From the NCBI RefSeq assembly GCF_006345805.1, contig NC_043021.1, forward strand, positions 372,001-436,000: a stretch of 64,000 nucleotides of DNA, read 5' to 3'. This document shows positions 1-14,127 of this stretch, one piece after another (the stretch's first letter is position 1; the number at the start of each line of letters is the position of its first letter). The position numbers were made by a program, and so were the translations under genes. This DNA is from Octopus sinensis (Eukaryota). A model generated the notes under the pieces. It worked only from the letters and a program-made list of their open reading frames with translations. It was not told the DNA's origin and ran no database searches.

Positions 1-950
1 ATCGTCCACCAATATTCCCTGTGTTAACGTTTGTGTATCAATTCTTTATGTTTATCTCGTGACCGTCTTTTTCATTTTTATATTCGGATGGCATTGTATA
101 TTGTTTTTGATCGCTGAGCGAGAAATATGCAGTAACAGTACTGAATAGTAAAGATTATTTGCCAACATAATGTGTGTCGGTAGCCAACGGGAAAAGATGT
201 TTTCCTGGGGTTAAAAGACAGTAACATCGTCCTTGCATAGGACTGCCACATTATAATGGCAAACAAACTTTACTATTGTATATTGTCTTCGTGACAAAGT
301 TATGTCGCTGATCTCGTGTGTAATGTCCTCCACAGAAATGTGACGTAATCGACGTTTTCGATTGCATCATGGAACTACAAGGGTCCCACTGTCTTTTTTG
401 TTTATCATTTCAGCCACGATGCATTCTGATTGAAATCTTTCTATTCGTTCCAGATTTTTGATCAGTATCGTTCAAGATTTTCTTAACTGTAATGATTTCC
501 TCCCTTCTCTCCCGGGATAATAACTGTGGATTGAAAGCAAAGCTGAGGTTTCATTTGGCTCGCTCCGATATTCTTCTTCGTTCGGAGCCTTAAATCCGTG
601 CTGAAGAGTAATTAGCTTTCCGTCAAGTGTTTGGTGTTAGCTTTGAATAACATGTAATTGGTGAGGTGAGAATTCATTAATCCCTTTACATCTTATTATT
701 GTTGTTAATCATCCAACATGGCGGCGCAAATTGTCGATGTCTTCATCAAGTCTTGTTTTCCACGTCGGTTGTTTCTGTTTAGTAATCTCATTAACACGCA
801 CCACGCGCGCCGTAGGTTTCTCCTTTGGTGTCTTTTAATTGTAACAGAAGCTAAGTATATGAAGGTATTATGTGTCCAATAATTAACATCATATGATTCC
901 ATGTGTTCATCAGCCACATCACCGATAACTTTGAATGTGAGAGCAGTTGG
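1..950 (-). mobile_element. Decayed non-LTR retrotransposon (RLE-type) C-terminal region with degenerate CCHC-like knuckle
   Basis: Manual minus-strand translation gives ...CNRKRRLRHISVEDITHEIS..., matching the CRLCHISADDITHEI knuckle of the copies at 43805 and 46450; many stops. Confidence 0.5.
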
Positions 951-1390
951 TTGGGATTTTTTTTTTAAGAAGGATGGCCCGCTGTGGTTCAGCGGCAGCC
1001 CCGAAAAACTGGGAATGTTTTTGTTTTTTTTACGAACAGTCGTTTTAGCATCTTAAATTGAATGTATTCCACAGTCGTTTCTTTTGAATCAGTTGCAGAT
1101 GGCGATACATGAGAGTTTCTAGTGATGGTCGCAGCGGTAATTTTACTTTAGTTTCTATCCCTCTAATTCCAGATTTTGAGCGGTTCTCAGTGTTTTGAGG
1201 AAATCGATTAGCATTACAGGAGTTGGAATAGCAGCTACTGAGACAACCATTTTAGCCTCCTTGCAAAGAAAGATGCTGCTTGTCGAAGCCGTTTGGCCGT
1301 AAAATATCTAGTTTTGTCTGAGGCTGATAGGAAGTTGACAATACCGTATATGCATGCATGTATGTATGTATGTACGTACGTGTGCATGTG

Positions 1391-1430
<40 letters not shown>

Positions 1431-1744
1431 GTGTGCTCAGGTTTGTGTATTTGCATATATGTATTATGCATGCGTGTGTGTGTGTGTGTGTCTGCATGCA
1501 TGCATGCATATATGTTCAAAAGTATTTTTACGGTTTACACGCTTTGTATTTTATATAATTTTCAAATATGTGTATGCATACACGTGTACCCACATATACG
1601 CATACACACAGGTGCTGCCGGAGAGATGATGGATTTGATCCCCTAACCGCCTTAGGGGCTCCACTCCGGATTTGGCTACGGTTTACTCTCTGAAACAGGT
1701 TGTACTGGGCTACATGGTACCTGTAGTACTCGAGAGCGACCTGA

Positions 1745-1870
1745 CATACATGCATGCATGCATACATACATACATGCATGCATACATACATACATACATA
1801 CATACATACATACATACATACATACATACATACATACATACATACATACATACATACATACATACATACA
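1745..1870. repeat. (TACA)n microsatellite
   Basis: About 30 tandem TACA/CATA units visible. Confidence 0.95.
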
Positions 1871-2200
1871 TGCGCGGACAACTGCTTCGAAACCTCCAGC
1901 TTCCAAATCCAGATTATAAATTCACATTTATACCAGTAATAATTGGTGTACTTGGGTTTGTGAGTAAATGCGTAAATGATAATCTTGATAAGTTTAGATA
2001 TTCAGAAAGAGAAATCAACCAACTGACTCACACATTACAAATACAATCTGTAAGTGGAACAGTAAGAATCAGCAAGACTTTTCTCAAGCTTAGAATGTAG
2101 CATAATTTTAATTTACAGTCAACGATGGAGCTTTGTGTCTTTGTTAGAAACCAGCCCCTTCTTCAGAGGAAGAATTTAAACAATTAAAAGCAGAAGAGAG
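1871..2200 (+). mobile_element. 5'-truncated 3' end of RLE-type non-LTR retrotransposon
   Basis: [32 protein letters not shown]...LQIQSVSGTVRISKTFLKLRM resembles the end of a restriction-like endonuclease domain; ORF end and 3' UTR shared with 41890-42420 and 46450-47352. Confidence 0.7.
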
Positions 2201-2214
2201 CATATGTACATATG

Positions 2215-2852
<638 letters not shown>

Positions 2853-3779
2853 ACTCTTTCCCCACATTTCATTTTGCATAGAAAAGCTGTTTGAAATCTA
2901 CCAAGATTAGACTTGAAGAGAGCGTTTCAAATTATGTTAGACGATGGAGTTTGATAATTAAATGAACTCAACAAGTTAAACACATTTATTAACGAAAATC
3001 AATTACGAACATGAATAACTGCTGCATACATAATACGTGGCTAAAAAGTGTATAATCAAAGAATTTACTAAAATATATTAAATATAGGTCAGCAAAGCAC
3101 ATTTGAGGTTAATCAGAATTATGAAATTATCAGTTAATGACAGAAGTATATTATGTATATCTTAAAATCAATAAACAGCTATCAAAGTGAGATTCTTCTG
3201 GTTACACTGACTGAAGAAAAACACTTAATTCATGATCGGAGCGATATTTGTCTCAAGTTTGAACACATCGTATAGAGAGTCACTGCAGTGTAGTCAGGTA
3301 CAACAACAACATCAACAAAAAGAAAAAAGGAACCAGGGGAAACTAAATCGGGAAATGTAAACAGAATGTTTTCAGTTGTATTTCTAGAAGAAATAAAAAT
3401 TATAAATATATTTTGTTGGAGTTATTAAGTGAATAGTGTTGACTTATATCACCTGACAGAGAAGCTGGTCTTCTATCAGTGGCCATAGCCAAAGCCACAT
3501 TAATAAGTGGATGAAGAAAAGGGAAAGCGAACAATATAGACAATCGGAATTTACACCAAATTCAAGTGAAGAGTAACCCTTTTTTTTTAAATTCCAGTAA
3601 GAAGACGGACCGTATTTTTCTAGCATTGTTAAGAGGGCCACGGAGTTCAAGTTGACAGTAATTAGTGATATAGAACAAAGAATATTTACAACGGAATAAT
3701 ATTTAGTCAGTTTAACATATAAACGCCTGTCTATATTCCCTTCCCGCAACTGTTAAGCAGTAACTTTAAAACACTAAAG

Positions 3780-5450
3780 AAGTAAACAAAAATAAAACAA
3801 TACCCAAAATACGAAATTGACTTTCGGAAACAGAAAATATTTTTGATCTACAAAAGACTATCAGTTATGGCAATACTTGTCCTTTGCAAGCAATCTAATA
3901 ACTACACTGCTTGCTAACAAAAAAAAATTAAATAAAACAGAGAAACTCGAGAAAACTCGAAGACAATTTGATCAGACTCCAACAGGTGCTAAAACTTATG
4001 AGTGAAAAATTTTGTCTTCAGAAGAAGTCAACTAAAAGAAAAATAACAAGAAATTCAGTTGAAAATCAATCAACAATTTACTGAGAGGTGAGAGGGCAGT
4101 CATTAAGGAAGATAGAGTAAATGGAGATTTAACAGAGTATTTTTATGCTAGAAGAAATCCGGAAAATATTGTCCCTGCATTGCATCAAAGGCATACAGAA
4201 TTAATAATAATACCCTTGAGAATGTAATAGAAAAATCCGAAGACAGAAATTCACTGGGAAGAGATTTTATTGTTGGCAACTCACACAAAAGCCTGATCTT
4301 CGATCGAGGTTACCATGTCGACTTTTACCTGCAAGATCTTGGTATGAATATGAATATAGCAAGCTGGTTAATATTAGCCAAAACAAATCTCACACGAAAA
4401 AAGAAGTACATACAAGAAAACAAAATTTGTACAACCTGACTGAACTTATTCCCCTGTGATCATTGAGTGACTGATATTATCATTATGACCGAACAAGCAG
4501 TTAAGAGGAAAGGAATTTGAGGATGTGATGAGAAAATCCTAATTAACAAAACAGCGGTGCCGGAAGTGCAGCGACAGAGGAATTATTTGGTTAGTTTGAT
4601 TGAATAACTAAAAAGCATTCGGATGTGTTTCTTTGCCTCACTAAAGTTGCCGACTATAGTCAAAATCGCAGACAACATGCCTTCACCCTGGGCCGCAATC
4701 CAGGAGAGAAAAACAGAAAGGTTTTGTATTGATTCTGATAGAATGAAATATTTCAGGGAGAAACTTCCTATGATGCTGTTCCTATTTGCAATGAAACCAT
4801 TTGAGATTGTGCAAGAAATCTGAAAGTTATATGTCTGCTGTCAGGTAAACAGAAACATCATTATAACTAAACGCCTTTTGGTGAACGGCCTAAAAGTATA
4901 TACGAAAGAATTAAGGATGTTCAGAAGATTTTGACATGGTTACAACATTTTCAGAGGATATAAGATGAATACGAGCTGAGATGATGCTCCGACCCGATTT
5001 TAAAATGAGACTAAAATACAAGCCAGTGTAGCAACATCTCTAAAAATAGTCTGACTATTTTCTGAGATTCTACAGGGAATATAAGAAGGAAAATGTATTC
5101 TACGATGTCACTTTTAACAGGAAACGTATGACCAGAGAATATTACACTCGGGTGAAAAATTCTCGAAGCTCTCTGCATACAATGAATCGGTGTCCTGAAA
5201 GGTGTTTAATGTAACAGTATTCATGCCAATATTTAAGCTTCTCAATTGGATCCTAGAAGAATGTTAAAATCCGAAAAATATCAAAAACCACAAAAATATT
5301 TATATTTACAGTGGTACATCTCTGCCTAAAACAGAAACAAGGAGATTAAGGCTTAAGATCAATTCAAACAGCCTCTGAATGTCACATCAAAGCTCTTGGA
5401 CACAATTTAATCACCAGGTGTTGAAGTGCATCCAAGAACGATTAGTTTAT
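3780..5450 (+). mobile_element. Decayed R4/Dong-like LINE reverse transcriptase
   Basis: Frameshifted motifs IFQGE..PMMLFLFAMKPF (~4765-4803, cf. GIFQGDSLSPLLF), KRLLVNGLKVYTK (cf. HLLFMDDLKLYAK) and VTTFSEDIR (cf. V.IFS.DI.M). Confidence 0.6.
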
Positions 5451-5819
5451 ACGAGTCACAGTCGTTAACACTGTTCTTGCCACTGCACACACGCATGCGT
5501 GCAGACTAGAAGATATGCGTGGCTAGAAATCATCAAATGATGGTAAAATAGATAACCTGAGTTGTCTACCTTGAATCAACAACTTGTCTAATAATAAATC
5601 TCGGTGTTTTAAAGGCTATGATTTCCAGAAACAGGAAAGAGCAACGAACGGCTTGATGCACAAAATCGCATCACCACATTATGAACAACCTAAAAACGTC
5701 ATCATGTTACTTTCGACATTTACCTTCAGCATTCGACTCCCAACAAAGTCTTAGCAACATCATCGTGACATACAGTGACTCTCAGGCCAAATTCTAACTT
5801 TCGCCAGGTCTGATCACCA

Positions 5820-6125
5820 CACTTTTCTGGGCGGGTGGGGGCTGCTGCGTTGTGTGGAGGGGTTGTCGTCGTTGTCGTGAAGGTGGTAGCGGCGGTGGTG
5901 TTGGTCGTGATGATGGTAATAGTGGTGGTGGTGGTGGTGGTGGTGGTGGTGGTGGTGGTGGTGGTGGTGGTTGCGGCGTTGTGGGGTGGAGTTGTCGTCA
6001 TTGTCGTGGAGGTGGTAGCGACGGTGGTGTTGGTCCTAGCGAAGTTGGTCGTGATGATGGTAATGGAGGTGGTGGTGGTGGTGGTGGTAGTGGCGGCGGC
6101 GGCTTTGGCAGTGTCGGCAACGGCG
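5820..6125. repeat. (GGT)n low-complexity tract with internal imperfect duplication
   Basis: GGT runs flanked by two similar GCGTTGTG...GTGATGATGGTAAT blocks. Confidence 0.8.
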
Positions 6126-6591
6126 GCGTTACTTGTAAGCTGTTTTTCTGTTCAGGCACGTCATTTTCTGAGTTATGCTAGAGTTGCCTCCCTTACATCA
6201 AGAGCTTAAATCTTAATTTTGATTATATTTTCACAAGACCAGGTTCTGCGAAGAAATTCCGTTTCGCGGTCGAGTGCGGGATGAATGTTAATGTCTTGTC
6301 GGGAATGGATGGACGTCAAAGCATCATTTTTTCCCCTTTTGCTGACTGTTTTTGTACGATAAATCAATTTAATTTTATCTTCATTCTGCTTCAAGTAGTC
6401 GGATGCTGAGCACAAACGTTACAGGGACCAATCAATCACGTTGGAAATAAATACATCCGAGTAAGTTTATTAGTTATTTTAATTCTTTTTGTTTTACTTT
6501 TGTTATTTTAGTTTGTTTTACATTTTTATGGATTTTTAAGCAAGTATGTGAATCCGATGAACTTAATGTGTTATACATACACGCTCACACA

Positions 6592-6668
<77 letters not shown>

Positions 6669-6669
6669 A

Positions 6670-6700
<31 letters not shown>

Positions 6701-6719
6701 GGGAGAGAGAGAGAGAGAG

Positions 6720-6772
<53 letters not shown>

Positions 6773-6994
6773 GGTTGTATACTGTCAATTTAACGTGACA
6801 GTAGGGGATTACACCACTGCTGTTTAGCCCTAGGAAGCATCAATGCTTCCTGTCGGCTTCGACACATTTCCTGTGTCCTTATATATTTACGAAGGGGAGA
6901 CAAATACCCCCAACAGTTAGGCCTGCATCTAGAGACACGCATGTTTCAGGATGCGTGTCGTTCGATCTTATTATAATATAAATAATATATAAAT

Positions 6995-7290
6995 ATACGC
7001 ATACATACATATATGTACATACCTACATCTATATGTATATATACATATATGGGTACTTATATGCAGAGCAGCACGAAACAGGGACAACTGAAGAAGGGGA
7101 ATATTCCTTGAGTCGTATGTTTTGTACTCTGTTTTTTTTGTTGTTTGAAAAATAGTTCGTTTCCATGTTTTTGTTTTTATGTTTTCGTTTCTCATTGTGT
7201 CCAACATTTTTTTATGTCCTGTACCAATATATGCATGTATATATACATACAGATGTATGTAGGTACATATATGTATGAATATATGCATAG
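6995..7290 (+). mobile_element. Penelope-like terminal repeat fragment with inverted flank; family also at 16170-16390 (-) and 20400-20690 (-)
   Basis: Shared CTGAAGAAGGGGAA...TGTACCCATATATGCATG sequence with the 20400-20690 copy; 6995-7055 is an inverted copy of 7220-7290. Confidence 0.45.
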
Positions 7291-7379
7291 ATTATATATT
7301 ATTTATATTATTTATATTATATTATATATATATATATATATAATATTATATTATTGTGTGTGGTGTGTGTGTGTGGTGT

Positions 7380-7421
<42 letters not shown>

Positions 7422-7585
7422 AGGAAATTCAAGTTATGGCCGGTCATAGAGTGACCTTTGTTTGCACCAATAAAGTGCTTAGCCGTATAGGCTACTCGTC
7501 AGACTCAAGTCACCTACACTGCTAAGCGCTTTATTGACGCGAAACTAATGGTCACTCTGTGACCGGTCATAACTTTGAACTTCCT
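7422..7585. mobile_element. Palindromic MITE (164 bp)
   Basis: AGGAAATTCAAGTTATGGCCGGTCATAGAGTGACC...CTTAG is the imperfect reverse complement of CTAAG...GGTCACTCTGTGACCGGTCATAACTTTGAACTTCCT; TA-rich flanks. Confidence 0.75.
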
Positions 7586-7674
7586 AAAAGTATATTACTG
7601 TTTAGAGTGAGCTTCTTTTTTTGTTTTTATTTATTTATTAATTTTTTTTTTTTGATATATGAACAACTGACGAG

Positions 7675-7713
<39 letters not shown>

Positions 7714-8273
7714 GTGTGTGTGTGTGTGTGCGAGGTATTAGTATCCAGAGGACCCAAGGTGACAACACATGGAATTTACGTCTCCACACTTTCTATTTAT
7801 AATGACGAAATATGAACTGCTATCGGAATTTACAGACCATGGATAAGAAGCATTTCTACCCATTCTACACACCACTTTCCTTGGATAATGGAACTGCAAC
7901 TAAGACATCCTACATATATTTTTTTTTATTTTTACTTTTATTCTCTTATTTCCCTTTATACTTCTTGTTTCCATCCTTTCCCAAAATAACTCCTTGTATT
8001 GAACTCTACTATTTCCCTCTTTGTAACCATCTCACATTATCTCTGATGTAAGGAGATCCGTAATATCCCAGATACAGTTGTAATACTAACTTTCTTTTTA
8101 TAAATGTCCTGAAAATTCTACTCAGCTTTGGCTTTGTTGTCTCATTTTATTTAACCAGCAGAAATTGCAAAGATTATCTGGAATTCGACTGAGGAAAGAA
8201 ATCTCCGAATGACCCGTCTTTGTAATCTTTGTATCGTCTATCTGGATGTTTTGCGTCTTTCCCATTTTGTATC

Positions 8274-8308
<35 letters not shown>

Positions 8309-8559
8309 ATATATATATATATAATATATATATATATAATATATATATATTATGTAAATAGAAAGATGATAATCTTGTAGTAGATTAATCAAAAAGTTTA
8401 ACCGATACCTTATAAAAAAATCACAGCAGTGAACACCACGGTTGGAGGTACACCATCTGGCGTTGCAACCGTGCGTTGGTGCGGATAATTGAAATTAAAA
8501 ATTATTGGTGAATTGAGAAATGGACTGAACGCAGATTGAACAGAAGTCGTTTTATTTCA

Positions 8560-8637
8560 TTCTACACGTGTTTCGAAAGGCACAAATTACCAAATCCGAT
8601 TGAATAATGGACCATATTGTGTCTTTCTCTTCAGGAA
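8560..8637 (-). ncRNA. Type I hammerhead ribozyme motif (left arm of foldback)
   Basis: Minus strand UUC-CUGAAGA-GAAAG...CUUUC-GAAAC-ACGU-GUA/GAA: complete core, 5-bp stem II plus CACAA/UUGUG, palindromic stem III. Confidence 0.85.
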
Positions 8638-8793
8638 GAAAAAGGAAATCCGTTGGAAAAACAAAAACAGAACAGAGGCAGAGCAAAAAACAAATCGAAC
8701 TGTGCTCGCCATGGGCTCTTAGGAGCACAGTTCGATTTGTTTTTGCTCTGCCTCTGTTCTGTTTTTGGTTTTTCCAACGGATTTCCTTTTCTC

Positions 8794-8873
8794 TTCCTGA
8801 AGAGAAAGACACAATATGGTCCCATTATTCAATCGGATTTTGGTAATTTGTGCCTTTCGAAACACGTGTAGAA
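8794..8873 (+). ncRNA. Type I hammerhead ribozyme motif (right arm of foldback); predicted cleavage after A8870
   Basis: UUC(8794-96) CUGAAGA(8797-8803) GAAAG(8804-08)...CUUUC(8854-58) GAAAC(8859-63) ACGU GUA(8868-70) GAA. Confidence 0.85.
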
Positions 8874-8967
8874 TGAAAATAAAACGACTTCTGTTCAATC
8901 TGCGTTCAGCTCCATTTCTCAATTCACCAATAATGTTATATATATATATAATATATATATATATATA

Positions 8968-9340
8968 GGCGCAGGAGTGGCTGTGTGGTAAGTAGCTTGC
9001 TAACCAACCACACGGTTTGCGGGTTCATCCCACTGCGTGGCATCTTGGGCAAGTGTCTTCTGCTATAGCCCCGGGCCGACCAATGCCTTGTGAGTGGATT
9101 TGGTAGACGGAAACTGAAAGAAGCCTGTCGTTATATGTATATATATGTATATGTTGTGTGTTTGTTGTGTTTGTGTTTGTCCCCCTAGCATTGCTTGACA
9201 ACCGATGCTGGTGTGTTTAGGTCCCCGTCACTTAGCGTTCGGCAAAAAGAGACCGATAGAATAAGTACTAAAAAGTGGTGCTCCAGCATGGCCGCAGTCA
9301 AAATGACTGAAACAAGTAAAAGAGTAAAAGAGAAAAGAGT
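8968..9340 (+). mobile_element. tRNA-derived SINE, family A
   Basis: GGCGCAGGAGTGGCTGTGTGGTAAG head with pol III A/B-like boxes, internal microsatellite and (GAGTAAAA)n tail; multiple copies in the window. Confidence 0.85.
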
Positions 9341-9383
9341 AATATATATATATATATTATATATATTATATATAATAGATATA

Positions 9384-9461
<78 letters not shown>

Positions 9462-9483
9462 TATATATATATAATATATATAT

Positions 9484-9523
<40 letters not shown>

Positions 9524-9526
9524 GTG

Positions 9527-9845
9527 GGGGCGCGTGCTTAGTGGTTAGGGCATTCGGCTCATGATCGTAAGGTTGTGAGTTCGATTCCCGGCGACGCGTT
9601 GTGTCCTTGAGCAAGACACTTTATTTCACGTTGCTCCAGTCCACTCAGCTGGCAAATATGAGTTGTACTTGTATTTCAAAGGGTCAGCCTTGTCACTCTC
9701 TGTGTCACGCTGATTATCCCCGAGAACTACGTTAAGGGTACACGTGTCTGTGGAATGCTCAGCCATTTGCACGTTAATTTCACGAGCAAGCTGTTCCGTT
9801 GATCGTATCAGCTGGGACCCTCGTCGTCGTAACCGGCGGAGTCTT
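9527..9845 (+). mobile_element. tRNA-derived SINE, family B
   Basis: GGGGCGCGTGCTTAGTGGTTAGG...GAGTTCGATTCCC head; body shared with 34935-35160, 42710-42875 and 58370-58430. Confidence 0.8.
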
Positions 9846-9960
9846 ATTTATATATAATAAAAACATATAACTTGCTACAGGAAATAACTCAACTCTCACT
9901 GTCTAGCACCATCAATCTATTTCTATCTATTAGTTACAACACACACTCTCTCGCTCTCCT

Positions 9961-10008
<48 letters not shown>

Positions 10009-10679
10009 TCTCTTTTATTCGCTTTTCTGTAAAAACCGAAATTTTAGGATTGGGGGTGGGGCGTAATGATAATTTTTTTCTTATTTTACTATTGTTTGAA
10101 AAAGGAAGTGAGTCCCGAAATGATGTTCGCCGATTTCTAATTTTTTCTTTTAACTTCAAGGCTTCTCCCATTGTTTTCAAGTAGGCGGGGAGTGAGGATT
10201 CATGAATTTTCAAAGAAATTTTTTATTAGAAAGGAGTCTTCCGTTGTTTTTAAGTGCATAGTGCAAAAATAAACTTGCTTTTCTAGGTGGGAATGTGTAC
10301 GAATTTTGTGAGGTTTGTGGGTGTGTGTGTGTGTGCGTGCGTGCGTGTGTGTGCTTGTGTGTGCACGTGTGTGTCACTTCTTTTTTTCTCTCTATTTCTT
10401 TTCTTATTTATCTATGTATTTGCTTATTGAACAACATAACGGGGCAAACTTTTTTAATTACCCACGTGACATTATTATAATTCCTTCTGGAACATTTCAT
10501 AGGGAAATACATTCATTTATTTATCAACAGCTATATAAACTCACAAGCCTTCGACCTGTGACTAGTTTCATAAGTACCAAAGTAGGAAACTCTCGCACCT
10601 TGAGTCACTCTGTTACTTCAGCTTAAAGGTAGAGCATTCTAACCAGATATTAGAGGGGTGTGAGTTCGATCTTCATGGA

Positions 10680-11330
10680 AAGACATAACGGCAACATTGA
10701 GCAGGATTATGAAGAATCGGTCTAAAGAAAAATGGAAAGAGCTCACTTTGGGTCCACAGCAAAAGTCATAAGGGCTGCGGTGTTCGAAGTTACTGACATT
10801 TGTTTGTTTGACAAACCCGGGGGAAATAAACATTCCAATTAGCGAGCCGCTTATTCGAGGGAAATATTGGATATAGCAAAACTTTTGGTTCACTTGAATG
10901 CCCATACCAGTGTCAGGTGGCTGGATCGATCTTGTGATTGCTACGGGGTAACAGCCTGAGTTATCTATAGTGAACCAGCTGATGTTCCAGCATAAAAAAA
11001 TGGAAAAGAGGAGAGATAAAGGAAATTATCTCTTTTTACACCAAAGAACATCCAATACAGATGAGACTGATAGGCTTTTAGCTTATCGCGCTGTAAAGGG
11101 GGCAGTTGCAAAGAGGGGAAGGAGTCAAAGTGAGAAATCTTGTCCTTTTGGTTTTTGGAAGATAAATAAATGCAGGGAGATTTCAAAAACATTAAGTATC
11201 TCCCGGTTGGAATATTATGCCAACGAATAGGCTTTGATGACGAGAGAGATGTTGACCGCTTGGCTCACTGAAGATAAAATTTAATATCTTAACTGTTGAT
11301 AAACATTCGTTCTGCAGATGATAAATTCCG
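10680..11330 (+). mobile_element. Decayed Tigger/pogo transposase
   Basis: PGEINIPISEPLIRGK (CENP-B-like HTH), NTDET (first catalytic Asp motif), FKNIKYLPxEYYANE and MTREMLTAWL; frameshifts and stops. Confidence 0.75.
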
Positions 11331-12519
11331 CAGATAATGCTTAAGTGAAAAAGTGTTTCATTTCTTTTTAATTTGAGTCAGGAGTGACGTAATGTCACTA
11401 GTTAAACAGATGATAGCAACAGCAGCATAGTAGACAGAAAACCATGAAATCGTCATAAAATGTGTGAATAGGTTGGGAACAGAGCAAAAGTAGTGAGGAA
11501 ATTCAGTATTTGCAGAAATTGGATTTAAGTTCTGGTATTTTTTTCTTTTATTGTAGACGGTTGTTGTTCGTAATGATAAAATCTAAATAACCGGGATATC
11601 ACCGAAAGTTTTCACAAATCAGAAAAGAAGCGGAAAAGAAAAGAATGCTGGAAGTGGCTCTTCAACTCGGCAAAAATATAATTTTATCTGAAACTTAGTC
11701 AAGTATCGAAAGATTTACGCCAATTCTATTCTTCCTGCTCTTAGGTGTAGAGTTCCGTTTTTCAACATGTGACGGTAATTGAAAACTTCCTGTTAAAATG
11801 CTAATTCAGTTAAATCTAAAATAACCGGGTCTTTTGTGTTTTTGTTTGTTTGGGGGAGTTTTTATTTTTGTTTTTCTTATATTTGTTTTGTTTTGTTTTT
11901 GTTTTGTTTTTTCTTTGTCGAAACAGCACTGATAACAAGTTCCATCAACTGATGCAGCACTACCAAAATAAAAGTTATCTTCTTGCTGATGTTGAGATTT
12001 TCGTACTAAAGAAACGGTAAAAGTTCCGAACTTTGCATTAGGCTGTCGACATCCGCAATGGCGAAATGAAATACGTGTCAAGTAAATTGTCGGTAGCAAA
12101 ACTATGACCTTCGCACTCGTCCGAGGTGACATTGGCAAGAAAATCCTTAAACTTTAGTAATGACCTGTTATGTATTTAAGATAGCCAACGCAATTGGGAA
12201 GTTCAAGCTTTTGACACCAACAATGAAATTATATCCTACTGTAAATAATATTAATATAGAAAGAAAAACAGAATGACTGACGGACAGAGAGACAGACAGA
12301 GCAACAGACAGACAGACAGACAGAGATCTACTTATCTAAGTATGTACTGTGTGTGTATCAAAGGAGGTAAACTTTTATGTTGGTGGTGGAGGAAGGAGTA
12401 CAGATGTTGAACGTAGAAACATTAAACGAAACAACTGATGGTGAATGAATTCAAAATGTGCTTCACAGAACCTTGACACTTGAAGATGTTCCACAAAATA
12501 AACTCGTCAGTATTGTAAG

Positions 12520-13200
12520 GAATGAATCGCCTAAAATGTGAGGAAAAATACAAAATTTATTGCACTTATGAAAGTGCTCCTTGCTTTTCAGAGGTTCTCT
12601 GTTCATTGAATTTTAAGTGTAAAGATAAAATATCTGTCCTTGATATTAAGTTCTTACATTTAAATGGAAAGACACATCGCACATTTCAAAATTTTATTAA
12701 AGAATTCGGTGTTGGATACGAACTCATTTATGTCCTTGTCCATTGCTTTAAATTAGTTTGTGGATCTATTTCAGTCTGTAACTACTTTTCTTAAAGATAA
12801 AGATCCTATTGCCAACAAGGAAATGATGAATGGATGCAAGATCTGATGTTCCTTTATGATGTAATAAATAATCAAAGAACTCTTAACTTGGATCTCCAAG
12901 CAAAGATAACGTTGTTTCGAGTTTTAATTTTCATCTTTCAGAATAAAATAAGAAAGTTTTCAAAGAGACATATTTTGAAGAAACTTGAGTCCCGTTATCA
13001 ATCTCAATGTAAGAATAAATCCATTCCTGATATTGAAATAAAAGACCACAAACTGGAAGAATACAAACATAAATTACAAGAAAGACCTGATAATTTCATA
13101 AACAGGTTTAATGATTTAAGTCGAAGCTCCGTTTTGCTTTTTTCGGAAATTCATTCATGGTTGCTGATGGTTGGTCAATTTTCAAAACTCTGTTAGTAAA
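12520..13200 (+). mobile_element. Decayed hAT (GTF2IRD2/SPIN-like) transposase
   Basis: QDLMFLYDVINNQRTLNLDLQAK (cf. DLAFLVDIT.HLN.LNLKLQGK) and KLEEYKHKLQERPDNFINRFNDL. Confidence 0.65.
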
Positions 13201-14049
13201 ATGAATTGCTGTTGAAATGGAATTAATCCAATTACAGAAAAACCTCTGTCGAACGATGTCCTATAAATCCTAGTTGGCAACTAAGTTCTAAGAACAAGTT
13301 CTAAAAATAGATACTAAAGATAGATGCTAAATAAAATTGAAGTGTGTCTCATCCCAGTTGTAATTCACACCTCCCTGCTGGGAATTGCAGTTCTCTTCAA
13401 TGAAGTTTCTCAAGTCGAAGTATTGTGCAATAAGCATCTGACCGAGTTAATTCCTAAAGATTTGCCAAAAATAACAGCGATATTTACAAATGACTCAGTC
13501 AAAACGAAGGTCCACAAGTCGTCCTCTAAGCAGTAAATAGTGACTTTAATAAGATGGTAGTTAAAGCATTTAGTTTTTTCCTTAAAAAAAAACATACGAC
13601 ACAACTGTGAATTTGTAAGGAAGTATTTAATTAAAAATGTATCTGATTTTATTGGGGGTTTTTGTTTGTTTATTTGGCTGTTTTGTTTTTGTTTTGTTTA
13701 TTTGGGTGTCTTGTTTTTGTTGTTGTTTTGCGTTTTGTTTTGAATTCGATATTGTTTTACAGATTTTCCACCATCTTTTGACCAGATGGTCACTAAGGAA
13801 ACTAAACATCACAGTTTCCACACACCACCCACACCCCGCCATTACTTGTGACAGTTTAATTTGCAAATAATGAAATGCAAATTCATATCGTTTTCTTGGA
13901 TGGTTCGTAATTCACTCCAAAGTTACACACACACAGTACAGTTAAAAGTAATCATCAGTCAACATTCTCAAACAGCTTGGTGTATGTAAATATATATACA
14001 TACATATATATATATACACACACACATATATATATATATATATACATAT

Positions 14050-14110
<61 letters not shown>

Positions 14111-14127
14111 ATATTATATATATATAT

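Larger units (their letters stand above)
8501..8934. repeat. Near-perfect foldback (arms ~207 bp, 15-nt loop 8708-8722)
   Basis: 8501-8707 is the reverse complement of 8723-8934 apart from a few 1-nt indels. Confidence 0.92.

Noticed and set aside
7075-7125. CUGAAGAAGGGG / CUGACGAAGGG motif family (also ~16300 and ~20595) as hammerheads
   Set aside because: No GAAAC follows the putative stem II in any of the three copies (GAGUC, AUGUU, GUGUU).
8180-8225. CUGAGGA-containing repeat (also 28585-28620) as a hammerhead
   Set aside because: It is followed by GAAUGA with no pairable stems II/III.
8968-9050. SINE heads (also 9527, 34514) as tRNA genes
   Set aside because: They have A/B-box-like motifs but no complete cloverleaf and continue into multi-copy SINE bodies.
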